From: Sphaerodactylus townsendi
Lineage: Eukaryota
Direction: 5' to 3'
DNA length: 64,000 nt
Assembly (NCBI RefSeq): GCF_021028975.2
Contig: NC_059436.1
Span: 6,324,001 to 6,388,000 of the forward strand
Shown: piece by piece, positions 60,882 through 64,000 of the stretch
Layout of the letters: every line of letters starts with the position of its first letter
How positions within the stretch are numbered: the stretch's first letter is position 1
Notes under the pieces: model-generated
The model's database searches: none
Told to the model about the DNA's origin: nothing
What the model saw: the letters and a program-made list of their open reading frames with translations, nothing else
Translations under genes and position numbers: made by a program

Positions 60882-62389
60882 CTCTGATGCTGTCTCATAA
60901 TAAAGATATCATCTGAATACAGAGTCTCATTAGTGAACAGTCCAGGGGCACAACAATTGTTTTGTGAGTGTGTGTTCTTGCATTGCAACTTGGGAACTGA
61001 AATCTACATGGGCAGGAATGAGATTAGTCCAGAACAAAGTTCTGTATTTTCCCCTTTTGTCCCGCAGCTATCCAGCCTACTTTGAAGAACCCAGAACAGT
61101 GATGATGAACCTTTTGGGTTTGGCAGGTCAAAAATCCAGAAAATGCCAAACTTGATTCTGCTGGTGTGTTCAGTCCCCTCACTTATCCACTCCTCAACAT
61201 CAAATAAACTCCAGACAGTCCCTCAATACCACCTCAAACAAATTTGCTCTCAGAAAACGATGCTGTGGTTGCGTATGTAACACTATACCCTTCTATGCAG
61301 TGCTGTGCAGGCTTCTTCTTTTTTTGGCCCTCAAAATGCTTTCCTAGACAACATATTAGTAATAATTATTGCTAACACTAATGACTGCTTATAATAATAA
61401 TTACTATAGCAGTACCTAGTGGTTGAGAATAAATCACACTTGCTGGTTATTTACGTAATTGGCATTCCTGACGAAATTATAATGTTTGGCTACATATATA
61501 CTTTGGGCCATGGCCAGTTTAAGGGCTTTCGGGAAGATCCGTTCCAACGCCTCGCCAAGCATACTGCCTTTCCTTTCTTGCATATGCATATTCATCTATG
61601 AGCATGTGTAATCCCCAGGAACTAATTGGTTTAGCTCAGTAGGGGTGGATATAGTGAATGCAGGCTGCTACATTCTGTTTGCTGGGAATCTGCATAAAAT
61701 TCTGGGCCCTTATCACTTTGTGTAAGGTAACTAGAAAACATTGTATGTGAAATGTTAATTGGAAAAAGGGTATTAATTTTTTGCGACTGGTATTTGTTTT
61801 CATGTTTTGTGACTGGTATTTGTTTGTTTGTTTTTATGTTTTTATTAGTCACATTTGTTTCTTACGGAGCTCAAGATAGCCTGTGCATAAAATGCCCTTA
61901 AGTCACAGCCAACTTACAGTGTTCCTAGCAAGGGGCTTTTCAAGGCAAGGGAATAGCAGAGGTGATTTGCCGTTGCCTTTCTGGAGTTGGAATGTGGCTC
62001 ATCAAGTTGTTTCAAGCAAGACCAATTGCCTCCTTGAACTCGTAGAGGCTCACTCTGTCTCTAGCTACATAATATATATTACAAGTTTCTGGTTGGTTTT
62101 TTCTTTTAAACTATTACATTTCCACCATCCTTCCCTAGAAGGCTCACGGTAGTTTACACCTCCCAGATCGTAGTTTCCCAGATCCTAGTTTGTACATAAA
62201 ACAGCAATAAATACTTTGAAACTACAATTGCAAAAATATAATTTAAATCTAAAGTATATCAGCATGAGTTCTTGCAGGTTCAATCTCATTCCAATTTTGT
62301 ACATGGGACCTATCTTCTACTAGTATTCCACTATTTAGTTCAATGTAAATGGGACCCTCGTGGCGGGGGGGAGGGAATCTATTTGCCTA

Positions 62390-62900
62390 TATCTTTTATT
62401 TATTTTATTTATTTATATTTCAAACTTATAGGCCGCCTCTTCCCCAGGGATAAACCCTGATAAACCCAGAGGTGTAGCAAGGGGGGAAAGTGCCCAGTGC
62501 ACTGGTGCATCCTCCGCCCACGCCCCGCTCCACCCCGGAACCCCCCGTCCCACCCCATCCCACCCCCAGAATGCCTCCAGAATGCCCTTGCCACACCCCT
62601 ATGGGGGCGTGTGCCTGGTGTGTTGTGCATCCCCCACCCCCTTGGAGCTACACCTCTGGATATACCACCATTGCTGCCTCAACCATATGCTCAGTAGAAC
62701 AGTTCTGTGTTAACTGTGTTAAACCCCACAGGGCTCTGGTCTCCCCAGACAGAGTGTTCCACCTGGTAGGGGTCAGGAATGAAAAGGCCCTGGCCTTGGT
62801 TGAGGCTAGCCAGACTTCCCTTTGGCCAGGGATCACCAAAAGATTTAACTGACTGAACATAGCAACATTTGAGGGACATATAAGAAGATATGCGGGTCCC
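62390..62900 (-). mobile_element. L2 3' fragment interrupted by a hAT MITE
   Basis: Minus-strand ORF contains ARAFSFLTPTRWNTLSGETRA (L2 C-terminus); (TTTA)n tail at about 62395. Confidence 0.75.
62467..62658. mobile_element. hAT MITE (192 bp)
   Basis: Perfect TIR CAGAGGTGTAGC / GCTACACCTCTG; TSD GATAAACC / GATATACC. Confidence 0.9.
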
Positions 62901-62904
62901 AGGC

Positions 62905-63030
62905 CATTTATGGTGACCCCTTAGAGTTTTCAAGGCAAGAGACATCCAGAGGTAGTTTGCAATTGCCTGTCTCCACATCACAACTCTGGTATTCTCTGGA
63001 GATCTCCCACCCAAAAACTAGCCAGGGTTC
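62905..63030 (-). mobile_element. 5S-derived SINE, partial
   Basis: TTATGGTGACCCC...TTTTCAAGGCAAGAGAC...GATCTCCCACCCAAAAACTAGCCAGGG. Confidence 0.65.
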
Positions 63031-63217
63031 ATATTAACTTGAGTTAATTCTCAAGTTCAGAACTCCCAAGACTGAATAGGAACAAAGGATTCTTATTACA
63101 CATGTTATGTACTTGTGCACACACACACATATGTTTCTGGGTTGGTTCCATGCTCTAATCAGGTTAGTCTTTGGATCACGGAACAGGCATAGCATCACAA
63201 AGTTTGCTTCCGAAGAG

Positions 63218-63358
63218 ACTCTCTCAGCTCCGTGTCCCTCACCAGGTGTCTGTTGTGGGGAGAGGAAGGGAAAGGAGCTTGTAAGCCACCTTGAGTCTCC
63301 TTCCAGGAGAGAAACATGGGGCATAAATCCAAACTCTTCTTCAAACGCCTCTTCTTCT
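63218..63358 (+). mobile_element. 3' half of the SINE family seen at 48983
   Basis: TTGTAAGCCACCTTGAGTCTCCTTCCAGGAGAGAAA...ATAAATCCAAACTCTTCTTC. Confidence 0.8.
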
Positions 63359-63431
63359 TTACAAGCATTCTGTTCAATATCCCTCCCACCTCCTGACTGG
63401 GATAAAAGGAGTCAGAGATCTCCATTTCTAC

Positions 63432-63505
63432 TTTGATTCTCGAAAGCTTACACTCTGAAATTCTTGTTGGTCTCTAAGGTGCTGTTGGACTTGAATCTAA
63501 CTGCT
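63432..63505 (+). mobile_element. Penelope-like terminal fragment
   Basis: CGAAAGCTTACACTC...TTGTTGGTCTCTAAGGTGCT..TGGAC resembles reptile Penelope ends as I recall them. Confidence 0.55.
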
Positions 63506-63744
63506 TTTAGGCAACGTTTTATCAATCTTTATGGGCTTGCACAGAGGGGTAAAAACATATGAACTTAAGGGACTGACGGTACAGAACATGCTGAATACTG
63601 GATTTTTTAAAAAAAATGGATCAAAGATAGTGAAGTTATTGGACAAATTGTAGGAACAAAATCAGCAAAACACCAAAACCCAAGGATCATTTCAAATAAA
63701 GAGAATGTTGGGAGGATCATTAATGCAAATATTCATGAAGATAT

Positions 63745-63955
63745 TTAATTTAAACCCGGCTTTTCTCCCCAGTGGGAACCCAAAGCAGCTTTACAACATT
63801 GTTTTCACAGCCGCCATTTTAGCCTTATAACCAGCATTGTGAGGAAGATGATATTGAGGCAGAGTAACTGGCCTAGAGGCTACCTAGTAAGCTTTCATGG
63901 CAGAATGAGCATTCAAACCTGGGTTTCCCAGATCCTAGTTTGACACTCTCTTACA
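63745..63955 (-). mobile_element. MIR-like SINE
   Basis: TCTCCCCAGTGGGAACCCAAAGCAGC...ATTCAAACCTGGGTTTCCCAGATCCTAGTTTGACACTCT. Confidence 0.7.
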
Positions 63956-64000
63956 GCATGATGAATTAAAGGTCATTGTCAAAAGAAATCATGTGCTTGC

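Overview
Repeat-rich, non-coding vertebrate genomic DNA. The repeat complement (CR1, L2, RTE/BovB, Sauria-type and 5S-derived SINEs, many hAT, PIF/Harbinger and Tc1/mariner MITEs) points to a squamate reptile, most likely a gecko (inference). I found no host protein-coding exon. The only protein-like ORFs are retrotransposon ORF2 remnants: CR1 at about 10.5-10.9, 16.7-16.9, 47.9-48.6 and 49.3-49.4 kb; L2 at about 11.2 and 62.7 kb; and an uninterrupted RTE C-terminus at 58.3-58.7 kb. Between the TEs lie about ten repeat-free islands rich in homeobox, Fox, Meis and TCF motifs. They look like conserved non-coding elements, so the window is probably a very long intron or a gene desert near a developmental or neural gene that I cannot name. 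There are six N gaps. The best-supported oddities are: one CR1 hit by three DNA-transposon superfamilies; 27-35 bp retro-insertions with 14-18 bp TSDs; two young CR1 copies with the same 5' end; CpG-rich Harbinger MITEs; Pbx-Hox/Meis syntax in two islands; and candidate recursive-splice (YAG|GT) motifs. The sequence alone does not demonstrate a new biological system. TE family names come from recalled consensus features, not from database searches.
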